A DNA stretch of 64,000 nt. It comes from Balanoglossus misakiensis (lineage: Eukaryota; Animalia; Hemichordata). How positions within the stretch are numbered: position 1 is the first letter of the stretch; every line of letters starts with the position of its first letter. Made by a program: the position numbers and the translations under genes. The notes under the pieces are model-generated. The model was not told where the DNA came from, ran no database searches, and saw nothing but the letters and a program-made list of their open reading frames with translations. The DNA lies in the NCBI GenBank assembly GCA_040954595.2, contig JBECUI020000034.1, forward strand, positions 130,895 to 194,894, written 5' to 3'. Below, piece after piece: positions 21,701-34,824 of the stretch.

Positions 21701-23440
21701 ATGAAAAAAGGAACAGTAATAGGAATTAATGGAAATTTGCTTACCGTACGAAGTGCTGATGTTCTTGTACTCAATGAAGTTGCGTATGTGCAAACATCTG
21801 TGGGAGAACGATTAAAATCAGAAGTCATTCGTATTAAAGGGGATATTGCGGAGCTGCAGGTCTTTGAACAGACCCATGGTCTTTTAGTAGGCGATCTGGT
21901 TGAGTTCACTGATGATCTTCTTGCAGTCGAACTTGGTCCGGGACTGCTAAGCATGATTTATGATGGATTACAGAATCCGCTGCCGAAAATTGCAGAGGAA
22001 TGCGGATTTTTTCTTACCCGTGGGAGCTATTTTACTCCCTTATCACATGAGCAGGTATGGAAGTTTACTCCGAAGGTACAAGTTGGTGATACGCTTTATC
22101 GAGGAGACCTTATAGGTACAGTTCCGGAATTCGGCTTTACCCATAAGATTATGTTGCCGTTTTATCTCCATGATACCTATACTGTTGTGAGCATTATATC
22201 CGAGGGCGAGTATCCGGTAACCAAAGAGATTTGCACTGTCAAAGACAGTAAAGGCAAGGAAGAGAACCTGACAATGTCATTTCTCTGGCCAGTCAAACGC
22301 AGAATTGATGCATATAGCGAGCGTACGCTTCCCACGAAACCGATGATAACAAAGGTTCGGATCATTGATACTTTTTTGCCGGTTGCATTAGGCGGTACCT
22401 ATTGTATCCCTGGACCCTTCGGTGCCGGCAAAACGGTTTTACAGCAAATAACGAGTAGAAATGCAGATGTTGATATTGTTGTTATTGCAGCATGCGGGGA
22501 GCGGGCAGGAGAAGTAGTAGAGACATTACGAGAATTTCCGGAGTTAATAGATCCACGAACGGGACGAACACTTATGGAGCGAACTATAATTATCTGTAAT
22601 ACCAGTTCTATGCCTGTAGCTGCTCGGGAAGCCTCGGTATATACAGCTGTTACGATTGCTGAGTACTATCGCCAGATGGGATTGAATATTCTTCTTTTAG
22701 CTGATAGCACCTCTCGTTGGGCACAAGCTATGCGTGAAATGTCCGGTCGTCTGGAGGAAATTCCCGGCGAAGAGGCATTCCCTGCATACTTGGAATCAGT
22801 TATAGCCGCTTTTTATGAACGAGCCGGCATGGTCAAATTTCGTGACGGGAGTACTGGTTCGGTAACGATCGGTGGCAGTGTCAGTCCTGCCGGTGGTAAC
22901 TTTGAGGAACCGGTTACTCAGGCAACTCTCAAGGTTGTAGGTGCATTTCATGGACTTTCTCGGGACAGAGCTGAGGCGCGTAAGTATCCGTCAATAGATC
23001 CTCTAGAAAGTTGGAGTCATTATCAGGGCATCATCGAAAAAGAGTCGGTACAGTATGCCTATTCCGTATTGCGACAGGGAACTGAAATTGAACAGATGAT
23101 GAAGGTAGTGGGCGAAGAAGGTACTGGCATTGATGATTACATCATCTACCTGAAAGCTGATTTTATGGACGCTGTGTATTTACAACAGAATGCCTTCGAC
23201 GAGGTTGATCAATCGGTCTCCCCGGATCGTCAGAAAAGTCTATTTGATCTTATTATTAAAATATTACGCAGTAACTATCGATTTCCAGGCAAAGAAGATG
23301 CCCGTCTCTTTTTCTATAAACTTCGACAAAAATTCCTGGATTACAACGGCATCCCATGGGAAACAGAGGAATGTTTGCAGCATGAGAAAGAAATTTTGAA
23401 CATTCTTGCCAAACAATCTGCAGTAGAGGAAAAAAGTTAA
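21701..23440 (+). CDS. atpA: V/A-type ATP synthase subunit A
   Basis: GPFGAGKT Walker [30 protein letters not shown]. Confidence 0.97.
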   Translation: MKKGTVIGINGNLLTVRSADVLVLNEVAYVQTSVGERLKSEVIRIKGDIAELQVFEQTHGLLVGDLVEFTDDLLAVELGPGLLSMIYDGLQNPLPKIAEECGFFLTRGSYFTPLSHEQVWKFTPKVQVGDTLYRGDLIGTVPEFGFTHKIMLPFYLHDTYTVVSIISEGEYPVTKEICTVKDSKGKEENLTMSFLWPVKRRIDAYSERTLPTKPMITKVRIIDTFLPVALGGTYCIPGPFGAGKTVLQQITSRNADVDIVVIAACGERAGEVVETLREFPELIDPRTGRTLMERTIIICNTSSMPVAAREASVYTAVTIAEYYRQMGLNILLLADSTSRWAQAMREMSGRLEEIPGEEAFPAYLESVIAAFYERAGMVKFRDGSTGSVTIGGSVSPAGGNFEEPVTQATLKVVGAFHGLSRDRAEARKYPSIDPLESWSHYQGIIEKESVQYAYSVLRQGTEIEQMMKVVGEEGTGIDDYIIYLKADFMDAVYLQQNAFDEVDQSVSPDRQKSLFDLIIKILRSNYRFPGKEDARLFFYKLRQKFLDYNGIPWETEECLQHEKEILNILAKQSAVEEKS

Positions 23441-23442
23441 CG

Positions 23443-24738
23443 ATGCAAAAGGTATATACGCATATTGAATCAATAAATGGAAATGTTATTGTTGTTCATG
23501 CAGACGGCATACAATACGGTGAGTTGGCAATTGTAGGAACCCGTTATGGGGACTCCCTTGCTGAGGTTATTCAGATCTATGAAAATCGAGTTAGCTTACA
23601 AGTTTTTTCAGGTGGACGCGGTATTTCTACTGGGGACAAGGTACGTTTTACTGGTAAGGGAATGCGTGTTTCATTTACCCCTGACCTTTTTGGGAGAATT
23701 TTTAACGGATGCGGTATCCCGCGAGATGGCGGTCCGGCGATAGAAAAAAACCATATAGAAATACGACGTCCTGCTGTGAATCCGTATAAACGGATTATTC
23801 CACGAAACATGATACGGACTGGCATCCCTATGATTGATGTCTTTAACACCTTGGTGGAATCGCAAAAACTTCCAATTTTTTCAGTATCAGGCGAACCTTA
23901 TAATGAGCTATTAGCCCGTATTGCCATGCAGGCAGAGGTAGATCATATCATTCTTGGCACAATTGGCATAAAGTATGATGACTACCTGTACTTTAAGCAA
24001 ACCTTGGAGGCAGACGGTTCGTTGGCCCGATCTGTATGTTTTGTACACACAGCAAGTGAACCAATAGTTGAAGCCCTGCTTGTTCCCGATCTCTGTCTTG
24101 CGGTTGCCGAATCATTTGCCCTAGAAGGGAAACGTATTCTTGTTTTACTGAGTGATATGACAAACTTTGCCGATTCACTGAAAGAAATAGCAATTACGCA
24201 GGAACAAGTCCCGTCGAATCGTGGTTATCCAGGCGATTTATACAGTCAATTAGCTGCCCGTTATGAAAGAGCTGTAGATTTTGAGGGAGCAGGTTCCATC
24301 ACTATTCTAGCGGTAACAACTATGCCGGGAGATGATGTAACTCATCCAGTCCCGGATAATACTGGTTATATCACAGAGGGGCAGTATTATCTTCATAATG
24401 GGGTCATAGATCCCTTTGGCTCTCTTTCACGATTAAAGCAAATGGTGAACGATAAAACGCGAAAAGATCACCGTGCTATTATGGATGGCATGGTACGTCT
24501 CTATGCTCAGTATAAGGATAGTTTTGAAAAGAAACAGATGGGATTTCGTATGTCCGACTGGGATAACAAACTACTACAATACGGAACATTTTTCGAGAAC
24601 GAAATTATGAATCTATCGGTTAACCTTCCTTTGGAAGATGTTTTGGATAGAGGCTGGGCAATACTTGCCGAATGTTTTAATCCGGAAGAGACTGGACTTC
24701 GCACCGAACTCATCAATGAATTTTGGCCGAAGAAATAA
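23443..24738 (+). CDS. atpB: V/A-type ATP synthase subunit B
   Basis: [38 protein letters not shown]. Confidence 0.97.
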   Translation: MQKVYTHIESINGNVIVVHADGIQYGELAIVGTRYGDSLAEVIQIYENRVSLQVFSGGRGISTGDKVRFTGKGMRVSFTPDLFGRIFNGCGIPRDGGPAIEKNHIEIRRPAVNPYKRIIPRNMIRTGIPMIDVFNTLVESQKLPIFSVSGEPYNELLARIAMQAEVDHIILGTIGIKYDDYLYFKQTLEADGSLARSVCFVHTASEPIVEALLVPDLCLAVAESFALEGKRILVLLSDMTNFADSLKEIAITQEQVPSNRGYPGDLYSQLAARYERAVDFEGAGSITILAVTTMPGDDVTHPVPDNTGYITEGQYYLHNGVIDPFGSLSRLKQMVNDKTRKDHRAIMDGMVRLYAQYKDSFEKKQMGFRMSDWDNKLLQYGTFFENEIMNLSVNLPLEDVLDRGWAILAECFNPEETGLRTELINEFWPKK

Positions 24739-24741
24739 AGC

Positions 24742-25335
24742 ATGTTACGTCTTAGTAAAACAGAACTGAAGCGACAAAAGGATATTCTCAAGCGCTATCA
24801 ACGCTATCTTCCCTTGTTGCAGTTGAAGCAGCAACAATTACAAATCTGTATCCAACAGGTTTTACAGGCAAGAGCAGATAAAAAAGCGGAACAAGCCGTT
24901 TTTATGAGTGCATTAGCAGAGTGGGAAATGGTCTTTGGTGATGACAACTCTATACTGACGAAGTTATCGATTACTTCCGTTGAGACAAAGATTGATAATA
25001 TCGCGGGTGTCGATATCCCTGTTTTTGAGAAGGTGCTCTTTCATGTAGAGAAATACGATCTTTTCACTACGCCGTACTGGTCCGAAAAAGGGTTGACAGC
25101 AATTCAAGATCAGGCAGCCATTGAGATACACATTCGTGTTATTGATGAACAATTTACACTTTTGTCTGAAGAACTACGTCGTACAAGTCAGCGGATCAAC
25201 CTCTTTGAAAAAGTACTTATACCACAAACAAAAAATAATATTAGAAGAATACGTATAACCCTCAGTGATCAACAGATCGCAGCAGTAGCACGCGGAAAAA
25301 TGTGCAAGAGAAAAATATTGGAGAAGGTTCTATGA
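24742..25335 (+). CDS. atpD: V/A-type ATP synthase subunit D
   Basis: LPLLQLKQ, NIAGVDIP, ELRRTSQRINLFEKVLIP. Confidence 0.95.
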   Translation: MLRLSKTELKRQKDILKRYQRYLPLLQLKQQQLQICIQQVLQARADKKAEQAVFMSALAEWEMVFGDDNSILTKLSITSVETKIDNIAGVDIPVFEKVLFHVEKYDLFTTPYWSEKGLTAIQDQAAIEIHIRVIDEQFTLLSEELRRTSQRINLFEKVLIPQTKNNIRRIRITLSDQQIAAVARGKMCKRKILEKVL

Positions 25336-27177
25336 TAGTTCCCATGAAGAAGGTTAATCTTCTCTTTATTGAACAGGATAAAGAAACTGCTCTGCAAACA
25401 ATTCGTCAATTAGGGAGCCTGCATGTTCTTCAACAGGATGAGGAATGGACAAAAGAACGCACTGTCTCCGAAGATGCACAGGCACTTGCAGAGATTAAGC
25501 AGGCATTAGATGTAATCAAAAAAAAAGGGAAAAAACGCCCTAAGACAAGATTTAGCCTTAACAAAGCCTTGGAAGATAGCGGGAAGATCAATGCTATTCT
25601 CCAGAGAAAAAAAGAAATAGAAACCAGAGTGCGCACCATTCTTGATATTGAACAGGAATTAGCAAACTGGGGTGATTTTAATCCGGAATCGATAAAAGAG
25701 TTGACGAAAGAGGGAATACGTATACAGCTATATGCAATACCGCGAAAAGAATTTAGTCCCGATGCCTTTGAATACCATGTAGTCTTGAGTAATAGAAGGT
25801 CTATGACTCGTGTGCTCGCTATTGAATTCGTGCCGGATAGTTTTCCAAATGAGTACGTTCCGTGGACAGCTCCCGATCAATCCCTTTCTGACTATAAAAG
25901 AGAGAGACATGCATTGGAGAAAGAATATACAAAACTAGACCGAGACTTGAAGCTTCTTGCATCTTGTCGTCCAATGTTGCTTGCAGGAGAACAGTATTTG
26001 ACCGATTGCATCGATTGCTCAATGGCTCGTGATTCATTAGAAACATCGGAACCTCTATGCTGGCTTACTGCATACGTGCCGGATAACAAGAGTCTGGTTC
26101 TTCTTCGTGAAAAAGCACGGGAACAGGGCTGGGGATTGGTGATAAAAGATCCCAAAGAAGAGGAGGAACCGCCAACACTTTTACGAACTCCGCGCTTGTT
26201 TCGACTTGTCCAACCCATTTTTTCTTTCTTCGGCACCTTGCCGGGGTATCGAGATTTCGATATCAGCGGCTGGTTTATGTTGTTCTTTACAATCTTTTTT
26301 ACTCTCATTGTTTCTGATGCAGGTTATGCAAGTGTTTTTCTTGTTATTACAGTGTACATGATTATTCAAAGCCTTATTCGAAGTGGCAAGGTGCCACGGC
26401 TTATATCCTATGGCCTATTGCTCTCTGCTGCAGCATTAGTATGGGGGGGGATAACTGCCAACTATTTTGGGGTCCCGCCGTTCTTTCAGTTTTTGCAACA
26501 ATTTATTGTGCCACTACTATCGGTTTGGAATGATGACAGTACAGCATTTGTGCAATTACTGAGTATCAGCATTGGGGCAATCCATCTTGCTATTGCACAT
26601 CTTTGGCGCTTTTTCCACTTACTTAAGGGGAATACAAAACTGAGAGCAATAGCAGAACTAGGATGGCTTACTTCATTGGTAGGGTTGTTTTATGTTATCT
26701 TACCAGTTGTTATTGATGCGAAGCGGTACAGTATACCTGAATTTTCAGTCCCGGCAATTGTTATGGGAGCAGTCTTGGTTGTTATTTTCGGTCAGCAAAG
26801 TGGTTCCTTTTTTCGCGGTTTGTGGAAGGGTATTTTAAATATCTTTAATACTGCATTTGATAATATTGCCCTGTTTTCGGATATTATTTCTTATATTCGG
26901 CTGTACGCGGTTGGACTGGCAACGTTTGCAGTGGCGAAGGGATTTAATCAAATTGCTGCAGATCTGGCAAGCGACGGGGAGTATTCCAATTGTCATACTA
27001 GCGGCAATGGTCTTAATTCTCGGTCATGGGTTAAATATAGCAATGTGCATTTTATCAGTTATTGTACATGGAATTCGCTTAAATATGTTAGAATTTTCCG
27101 CGCATCTTGGAGTTGGATGGAATGGGTATCCCTACATGCCGCTACAGGAGCGCATACAAGAAGGAGAACAAATATGA
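25332..27177 (+). CDS. atpI: V/A-type ATP synthase subunit I (extra G about 26980)
   Basis: MIVPMKK, PPTLL, PGY, SDAGY, SDIISYIRLYAVGLA; GHGLNIAM...VHGIRLNMLEF in ORF 26857-27177. Confidence 0.93.
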
Positions 27178-27609
27178 ATATTGGGTTGTTAGGTATAACA
27201 GCTGCGATAGCTTTTTCAGCTATCGGATCAGCTATTGGAACAGGTGTAGCCGGCATGTCTACTATTGGCGCTTGGAAACGTTGCTTGATGCAGAATAAAC
27301 AAGCACCATTTTTGCTTATTACATTTGTTGGTGCACCGTTAACGCAGACAATCTATGGGTTAATTCTCATGGGGGCACTTCAGCAAGCAACAGGGAGTAG
27401 ATTTGGCAGTTATTTTTGGTGCCGGAATTTTTGGTGGTGCTGCTATGGGCACATCGGCTTTCTTTCAAGGAAAAGCTGGTGCGGCAGCTTCAGATGCCTT
27501 TGCAGAAACAAATAAAGGCTTTGCTCTTTATCTTTTTGTTATTGGTCTGGTTGAAACGGTTGCACTCTTTGTTATGGTTTTTCTGTTGAATATTATTTCA
27601 GCCGGATAA
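27174..27609 (+). CDS. atpK: V/A-type ATP synthase subunit K (frameshift about 27395)
   Basis: GSAIG.G.AG, APLTQTIYG, QGKAGAAA, GLVETVALF; AAGGAG RBS. Confidence 0.93.
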
Positions 27610-27613
27610 AAAT

Positions 27614-28507
27614 GTGGTACGGGTACTTTCTGTAGCAATACTGGCACTAAACTCACTTGTCATTCTCTTTGCGCAAGAAACGCCTGCCTGGGTTACCTTG
27701 GCAAAGGGCATGGAAGCCTATCGTAATAATCGACTGAGTGATGCGATGCAGCTTTTTCAAACAGCACGGCAAAGTAGAGCGGTGTATCCGGAGGCAGATT
27801 ATGCCATTGGGTTAGTATACGATGCCGAGTTGAATCTTGAACTTGCTGAACGTTATTATCGTGCCGCACTTGATACAAGACGCGATCTAGCAATTCTGGA
27901 AGATATCTATCCTATTCAATACCAGCTATCTCGTCTCTACTGGCTGAGGCGGAATTATGTTGCTTTTGAAAATCAACTTCTTGCAATAATAGCCGATGAC
28001 CCGCTGTTCTTGGAGGATAATTGGTTTCGGAATAATTCTCTCTTGACTTTTATGCGGAACAGTACTGATAATCTCTTACTGCTCTACCGGAGAGAACAGA
28101 GTTTTTCTTATGTTGCACATCGTGAGCTTGGCATTTATTATACAATTGCAGGACGCGACCTAGCAGTTGAACATCTTGTTATGGCCTTGGTACAATCGAT
28201 AACACCACTCATACGGGGATTACAGGAGCACGTTCCATTTTATGAGTTCACAACCTTGGAAACTCTGTTTCAGGATATTGCCGCGTATCAGGAGTACAGC
28301 GATTATGTTGTGGAAAATGATTTGTATAGAGTACTGTACTTTTTAGGTCATGCAGCGTATATATTTAACCCTCAGTCACCGCGTTCGAGAGAAATATGGA
28401 CACTGCTTGCGGGTATAGAGGATGCAGGGCAGTGGGCGGCACGGGCAGAATCGAGCATTGTCCAACCGGGAAATTTTTATGTTGTTGATTTTGCTCCGAA
28501 CTTTTAA
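27614..28507 (+). CDS. Exported TPR-repeat protein
   Basis: Signal peptide (LFA/QE); TPR helices YPEADYAIGLVY..E...LAERYY. Confidence 0.7.
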   Translation: MVRVLSVAILALNSLVILFAQETPAWVTLAKGMEAYRNNRLSDAMQLFQTARQSRAVYPEADYAIGLVYDAELNLELAERYYRAALDTRRDLAILEDIYPIQYQLSRLYWLRRNYVAFENQLLAIIADDPLFLEDNWFRNNSLLTFMRNSTDNLLLLYRREQSFSYVAHRELGIYYTIAGRDLAVEHLVMALVQSITPLIRGLQEHVPFYEFTTLETLFQDIAAYQEYSDYVVENDLYRVLYFLGHAAYIFNPQSPRSREIWTLLAGIEDAGQWAARAESSIVQPGNFYVVDFAPNF

Positions 28508-28521
28508 TAGGACCCCACAGC

Positions 28522-31350
28522 ATGGACTATATTACCGTATCGGGGTGCACGAGAACATAATTTAAAGAACATAAGTCTCAAGATTCCTCATCGTAAACTT
28601 ACAGTTATCTCAGGCGTCAGCGGTTCAGGAAAATCCTCTTTAGCATTTGACACCATCTTTGCAGAAGGACAACGGCGATATGTTGAATCCCTTTCTTCGT
28701 ATGCACGGCAGTTTCTTGGCAGATTGGATAAGCCGGATGTTGATAATATTGAGGGATATCACCGGCAATATCGATTGAACAGAAATCGACCAATAGGAAT
28801 CCACGCTCTACAGTTGGAACTATTACTGAAATATCCGACTACTATCGGCTCTTGTTTGCCCGTATCGGCATTCCACATGACCCAAAAACAGGAAAACGAA
28901 TTGAGCGGCAATCGGTCGATGAAATCGTTTCTTCCCTGCTTGCACTTCCTGAAGGAACCCGATGTATAATTTTTGCTCCCCGTATACGTATGCAACGGGG
29001 ACAGCATCAGAAATTACTGCAAGATGCCCGAAGTGCCGGCTTTATGCGGGTACGTATTGACGGTGAATTGTTGGAACTTGACCAAGAGATCACCCTTGAT
29101 AAACATAAGAAACATAGCATTGACATTCTTATTGATCGGCTTATTATCAAACCGGAAAGCAGGAAGCGACTGGTAGAAGCTGTAGAGACTGGGCTTAATT
29201 TGGCAGATGGCATTATTAAAGTGCAAACTGAAAACAAGCAGGGGAAAAGTGAGCGTTCGTATTCTTTGGATTTTGCATATCCTGATGGAGATATTCCGTT
29301 TCCAAAGCTGGAACCCACGCTTTTTTCATTTAACAGTCCCTATGGTGCCTGTGCAACTTGTGCAGGGTTGGGATATATAAGAGAGTTTGATATTCAACTC
29401 ATTGTTCCTAATCCAGCTCTTTCTTTTCATCAGGGAGGATTTGTACCGTATAATCCGGAATCGGCTTGGTATAGTCATTTCTTCGAAGCAATTTCAGAAC
29501 ATTTGCATTTTGATTTATCCATGCCAATTCAGGATATTCCCCAGGATATCCTGAATACAATTTATTATGGATCCGATGATACAATAAAGTTCATCTATGA
29601 AACATCAACAGGACGCAGAGAGTACGTAAAAAAATTTACAGGTATCTTGCAGCATCTTCAGGAACGGTATCAGCAAACAACTTCCGGACATATCCGTCAG
29701 TGGCTTGAAACTTTTATGCGCAGCCATATCTGCAGCTCTTGTCAAGGCAAGCGTCTGCGACCAGAAGCGCTTGCCATACGTATTAATAACCGAAATATCT
29801 ATGAAATTAGTTCTATATCGGTACGGGATGCTACCAAGTTCTTTGCAAACTTGAAACTTACGGAGAACGAGAAGAAAATTTGTAGTGAGATACTGCGCGA
29901 AATTCAATCTCGAATTCAGTTTTTGAATGATGTCGGATTGGAGTATCTTTCCCTTGAACGGAATGCTGCTACGCTATCTGGAGGAGAGGCCCAACGAATC
30001 GTTTGGCATCACAGATTGGGTCGGCGCTTACGTGTACTATATGTTCTTGACGAACCCACCATTGGTCTGCATCAACGTGACAACGATCGACTGCTTAAAA
30101 CCCTGCACAACCTTCGTGATGTGGGCAATACTGTTCTTGTTGTCGAGCATGATGAACAAATTTTACGTTCTGCGGACTACATTCTTGACCTTGGGCCCGG
30201 TGCAGGGGTACATGGTGGCGATCTTGTAGCGAGTGGTAATCCAACGGAGATTATCAACAACCAAAATAGTATAACAGGCCACTATCTAGCAAAAAATAAT
30301 ACAAGAAAAAAGTTTCCTGATCTTCGTGCCGGCAATAAGAAGAGCTTAAGCCTTAAGGGGGCACGCATGCATAACCTAAAAAATGTTGATATTGACATCC
30401 CCCTTGGTACGTTTACGGTTGTAACCGGTGTTTCAGGCTCCGGCAAATCAACAATCTTGCTTGATCTATTGCATGTACTACTGCAAGAACAGATAAATAA
30501 TAAGACTTCAAAAGTAGACATCAGCCCATTTTATGACTCTATCGAAGGTGTTGAGGCAGTGGATAAGGTAATCCATGTTGATCAATCGCCCATCGGAAGA
30601 ACACCACGATCCAATCCTGCAACCTATGTCAAAGCATTTCAGCCGATTCGAGAACTCTTTGCGAGTCTTCCAGAATCAAGAGCTCGTGGATATTTGCCGG
30701 GTAGGTTTTCTTTTAATGTGCGAGGTGGACGATGCGAGCATTGTCAGGGAGCAGGCACCATTAAAATAGAGATGCAGTTTCTCTCGGATGTCTATGTTAT
30801 CTGTGAGGTATGCAAGGGAAAACGATTTACACAAGAAACTCTTGAAATATACTACAAAGGATATAATATATATGATATATTGAATATGACAGTAGAACAG
30901 TCTTCAGAACTATTCTCTGTTATACCGGCTATCAGTAATAAGTTGACAACTTTGAACAATGTCGGGCTTGGGTATATTACCCTCGGGCAATCAGCTCTGA
31001 CTCTCTCAGGAGGTGAAGCACAGCGGGTTAAGTTGGCATTGGAGTTATCCAAACGCAGCACCGGCAATACTATTTGCATTATGGATGAACCGACAACGGG
31101 TTTGCATTTTAAGGATGTTGAGCAACTTATGGATGTTATTTCGGATCTTGTTGACCATGGCAACACAGTTGTTGTTATAGAGCATAATCTTGATGTCATT
31201 GCGCGAGCGGACTATATTATTGACCTTGGACCGGAAGGGGGAGACCGGGGAGGGAGAGTGCTTGTTAGCGGCACTCCGAAAGAGGTAGCTGCAAAGACAA
31301 AAACACATACTGGGCGATATTTAAGGAAATTCTTTGACAACAACGCGTAA
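28522..31350 (+). CDS. uvrA: Excinuclease ABC subunit A (indels about 28542, 28755 and a compensating pair about 30000-30032)
   Basis: [23 protein letters not shown], two LSGGEAQR signatures, Zn fingers, DEPT. Confidence 0.96.
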
Positions 31351-34300
31351 ACTTCTCTTATTCATCATTCTAATTTATTCTTTGTACAATGTGTGGGGGC
31401 AAGAGGAGATTGTGGATTCTGCATCTCCTGCAGTAATCGAGCCAACCCCTATCCCCGATGGGGGCATGAACATACATGCAACGATCGTTCGAGATATCCG
31501 CTTAGCAACTTTTTTTGAATTAGTAACGTGGTTGCGCGCATTGGATCTCGAAACATCGGGAACAAGGGAAGAGTTGGAGCAAACTCTCTTTGACCACTAT
31601 GAAATAACAGAGATTGAACAAAGCATTAAGGAAGAGCAGCCATCTTCTGATGTTATGGTCATAATTGATTCGGCACAAAAATTTGAATTTTTCAAAGCGG
31701 AATTTGAATCGGAAGAATACATCCGCCTAAGAGGGGGTGTTATTATCCGCATTCAAAACCCCCAGCAGAAGGTAGAGCATATCATTCATGCCGATGCCAT
31801 TACCGTCAATCGTAACTCAAGCATGCTGACGGCAACCGGAGAGATCGAATATATTCTCAGACACGATGACGGAACCGAGGAGCAGTTTAAGGGGACAGTA
31901 TCACCTTCAACTTTAATAGCTGGGAAGGCATATTTATCGGGGGTGAAGTGATAACCGAGGATCTTCTTAATAAAGATAGTAATGCCGATTTTGTTTTTAG
32001 CGGCGATACCATTAGTCGATCGGACAATGATGTTGTTGTCTTTGATCGCGTACAACTGTTTAGTGCCCGTGTTGATCCACCTTATTATTCCTTTCAGGGC
32101 AGTAAACTTTGGTTGCTCGCCGACGAGGAGTGGGCAATTGTCAACGTTGTGCTCTATGTCGGAAACATTCCTGTCTTTTATCTCCCATTTTTCTTCAAGA
32201 ATTCAGACAGATTATTTTTTCGTCCATCGATAGGTTTGCATACGGAGAAGGGGCCCTATGTCAATACAACCACCTATATATACGGAAAACCGGTGGAGAA
32301 GGAGGAAAGTTTTTCAATCTTGCAGGTAACTGCAAGTAAAGACGAAAAGGATCGAGTTATTGATGGACTATTCCTGCGTCCCAAGCCACCCCCTCCGTTG
32401 GTGGAGGAAGACCCCGATCCCAAGAAAGATTGGACACTAAAATTTCTCCTTGACGGCTATTCTCGTATGGGAATATATGCAGGCATTGTTGGCGATTTCA
32501 AGGGCATTGAGTCTTTTACTACGTTAAATTTTCGTTTTGGTCTGGCAATGACCAGAGCCATCTTTAACGTAAACAATGCATTTACAAACTATACGGTTTA
32601 CGATGGGGCAGTACGCGATTATTGGTACTCAGGGTATATGTTTAACCTCAAATTACCTTATCTACGATACGAGATTGCTGCGAATATGGGAGGAAGCTTT
32701 CAGTCGCAGGGACGGTGGGCATTTAAGTTTAGCTGGTATTCTGGATACCTTATTTGTAAAGGATTTCTATGACCGTGATGAACAATTCAGCTGGGCATTC
32801 CTCCTTGGCAGGTTCATATCCGAAGAGTCCGAATCAAGAACAACGTATAGTGAACAAACAAGTTTTGTCTGGAGTTGGACATCATCATATAATCTTAATA
32901 TTCGTTCTATTTCCCCTTGGCTCAAGATTAATTTTAGGCGACTCAATGCCTCAGTCGACTGGAGATCAAAATCAATATCATCAGCAAATATGTCCGCTAT
33001 TATTGCCGGACAAACCCTTTATTCCAACCCCGAGGCAAAATTCTTCTATCCCGCGTTCTTAAAGCACCGGATCTTTCAATCAGTTTGTCCGGAACTCTAC
33101 TAAATTATACTGCACAGAATACTGTAGCCACACTGAGTGTTGAACCCTTGGCAAGCACGCCCCGGAGATGATCGATTGCAAGCGCCGTGGGAAGAAAATT
33201 ACAATCTCCCAGAAGAGAAAGAGGAAGATAATGAAACTTTTCAGCTGGCAGATCTACGGAAAAGCAATTCAAAAGGCATTACCTTTCCCACACCGTTTTC
33301 AGTAAGGCTAAGCTACAACTTGCAGTCCGATCTGATAATTAATAATGCCACACAGAATGTACTCTGGAAAAAACCAGAAGATATGCAGATCAACGATATG
33401 ACAGGATACAGTATGTTGGAAAATAAGAACAGTGGATCATTAAATTATAATTTCCAATTTTTCGATTCGCATGTTAATGTTACAGGTGCATTCAAATTTA
33501 ACGTCAATCATTTCGAACTGTTATCAATCAAAGAAGAAATCTACAGTGCGGACGACATAGCAAAACTCCGTAGCGACCACATTCAAGGGACGGCAACAGA
33601 CGATAACTCACACCCTTACCAGCGATATTTATCCCTTAAAGAATTTTCCAATATTTGCTGCAACAAAGTTCAGTCATCAATTAGATAATACGGTTTATTC
33701 GCATATCTTTTCCGCCATAGAAGAAGAGAAGCCAATATTTATTGATTCTGTTCTTGAATGGAATGATGAAATGGTTCAAAAGCATATCCTCAGTGGTAAT
33801 TTTACAACTGTCTGGGAACCCTTTTCACAGACTGTAAATGTTGGCGTATCATTACCTCCGAAGGAAATCGTTCTAACCCCATCATGGAAAGTAGGCATTG
33901 GACCATTTCCACAACTGTTTCAACAGTCATTAAAGAATTGGAAAAGCCCAGCCCTCAATACGATCCGATCAAGGTACAGAGTTCTCTCAAAATTGATACC
34001 TGGTTATCTCTTGACAAAACTTTGAGGCAGATGTAAATACAAACAAACTCATCAGCAGTACAACAAATATTGATCTGAGTTTTCTTGACCAGAAACTGAA
34101 CTTCAAGACCACCCTCCGTGCATCACAGACACAAAGAGCATCGTTTGATCGTACAACCCGTTCCTGGGAATCCTACGGTGCACAGGAGTTATTACTACAA
34201 AGTCTTACTTTTACAGCCTCTTTGAAGTACCCATTCGGTCCCTTCTGGAAGGATCGTATTACATTTCAGCTAAACGGTAGTGCGACATTAGAGTATAATT

Positions 34301-34738
34301 TTATTCGCTTTACTTCCAGCAAGTTACGATTAAGCTACGGAATGGTGCTTAATATCTATCGTTTTTTGAACCTGTCTTTTACAGTCAATATTCTAAACGA
34401 CCAGTTTTATCGTTATTTTCCCACTTTGACGGAACAGATAGGAGTGAGCACGCGTGATTTTGGGCAAGAACTTCGATATTCTTTTAATATTTTTTCTCAA
34501 GCCGACCTATTTCTTAGCTATTTCAAAACTGCAATCGATTGTTTTGAAACTGACCCATGACCTGGGTGATTGGGAATTATCATTAAGCTATACCGGGAAA
34601 CCCGGAATAATTACCAGAAACCAAGTAAGGTTATACGAATGGCAGAATATTTTGAATGTAGCAGTAAACTGGAAGCCAATTACCGAATTGCAAACAGAAT
34701 GGAAAATAACTGATGACGGTACTGAGATATTGAAATAA
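31334..34738 (+). CDS. lptD: Spirochaetal LptD-like outer-membrane translocon (TP0515/BB0838 type), broken by several indels
   Basis: Signal peptide; DI..ATF.EL..W..L.L N-terminus; jellyroll region (GGV.I, A.I.VNR, A.G.IEY); PYYS...KLWLL..EWA....LYVG.IPVFYLPFF; FFRPSIG; C-terminal HDLGDW and W.PI; follows uvrA. Confidence 0.75.
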
Positions 34739-34753
34739 AATTGAGGAAATTCC

Positions 34754-34782
34754 TTGATTCATTTTTCAATGTATTATAAACT
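34754..34782 (+). promoter_or_regulatory. Putative sigma70 promoter of phoH-ybeY-tlyC
   Basis: TTGATT-17 nt-TAAACT. Confidence 0.5.
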
Positions 34783-34824
34783 ATGAAAACAAGAGAGCAA
34801 TTTTGTCTGCGAATGCAACTGTAA

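Noticed and set aside
25302-27515. Apparent 737-aa AtpI-AtpK fusion ORF
   Set aside because: An extra G near 26980 shifts atpI into the frame of atpK; the real atpI C-terminus is in ORF 26857-27177 and atpK has its own RBS and ATG
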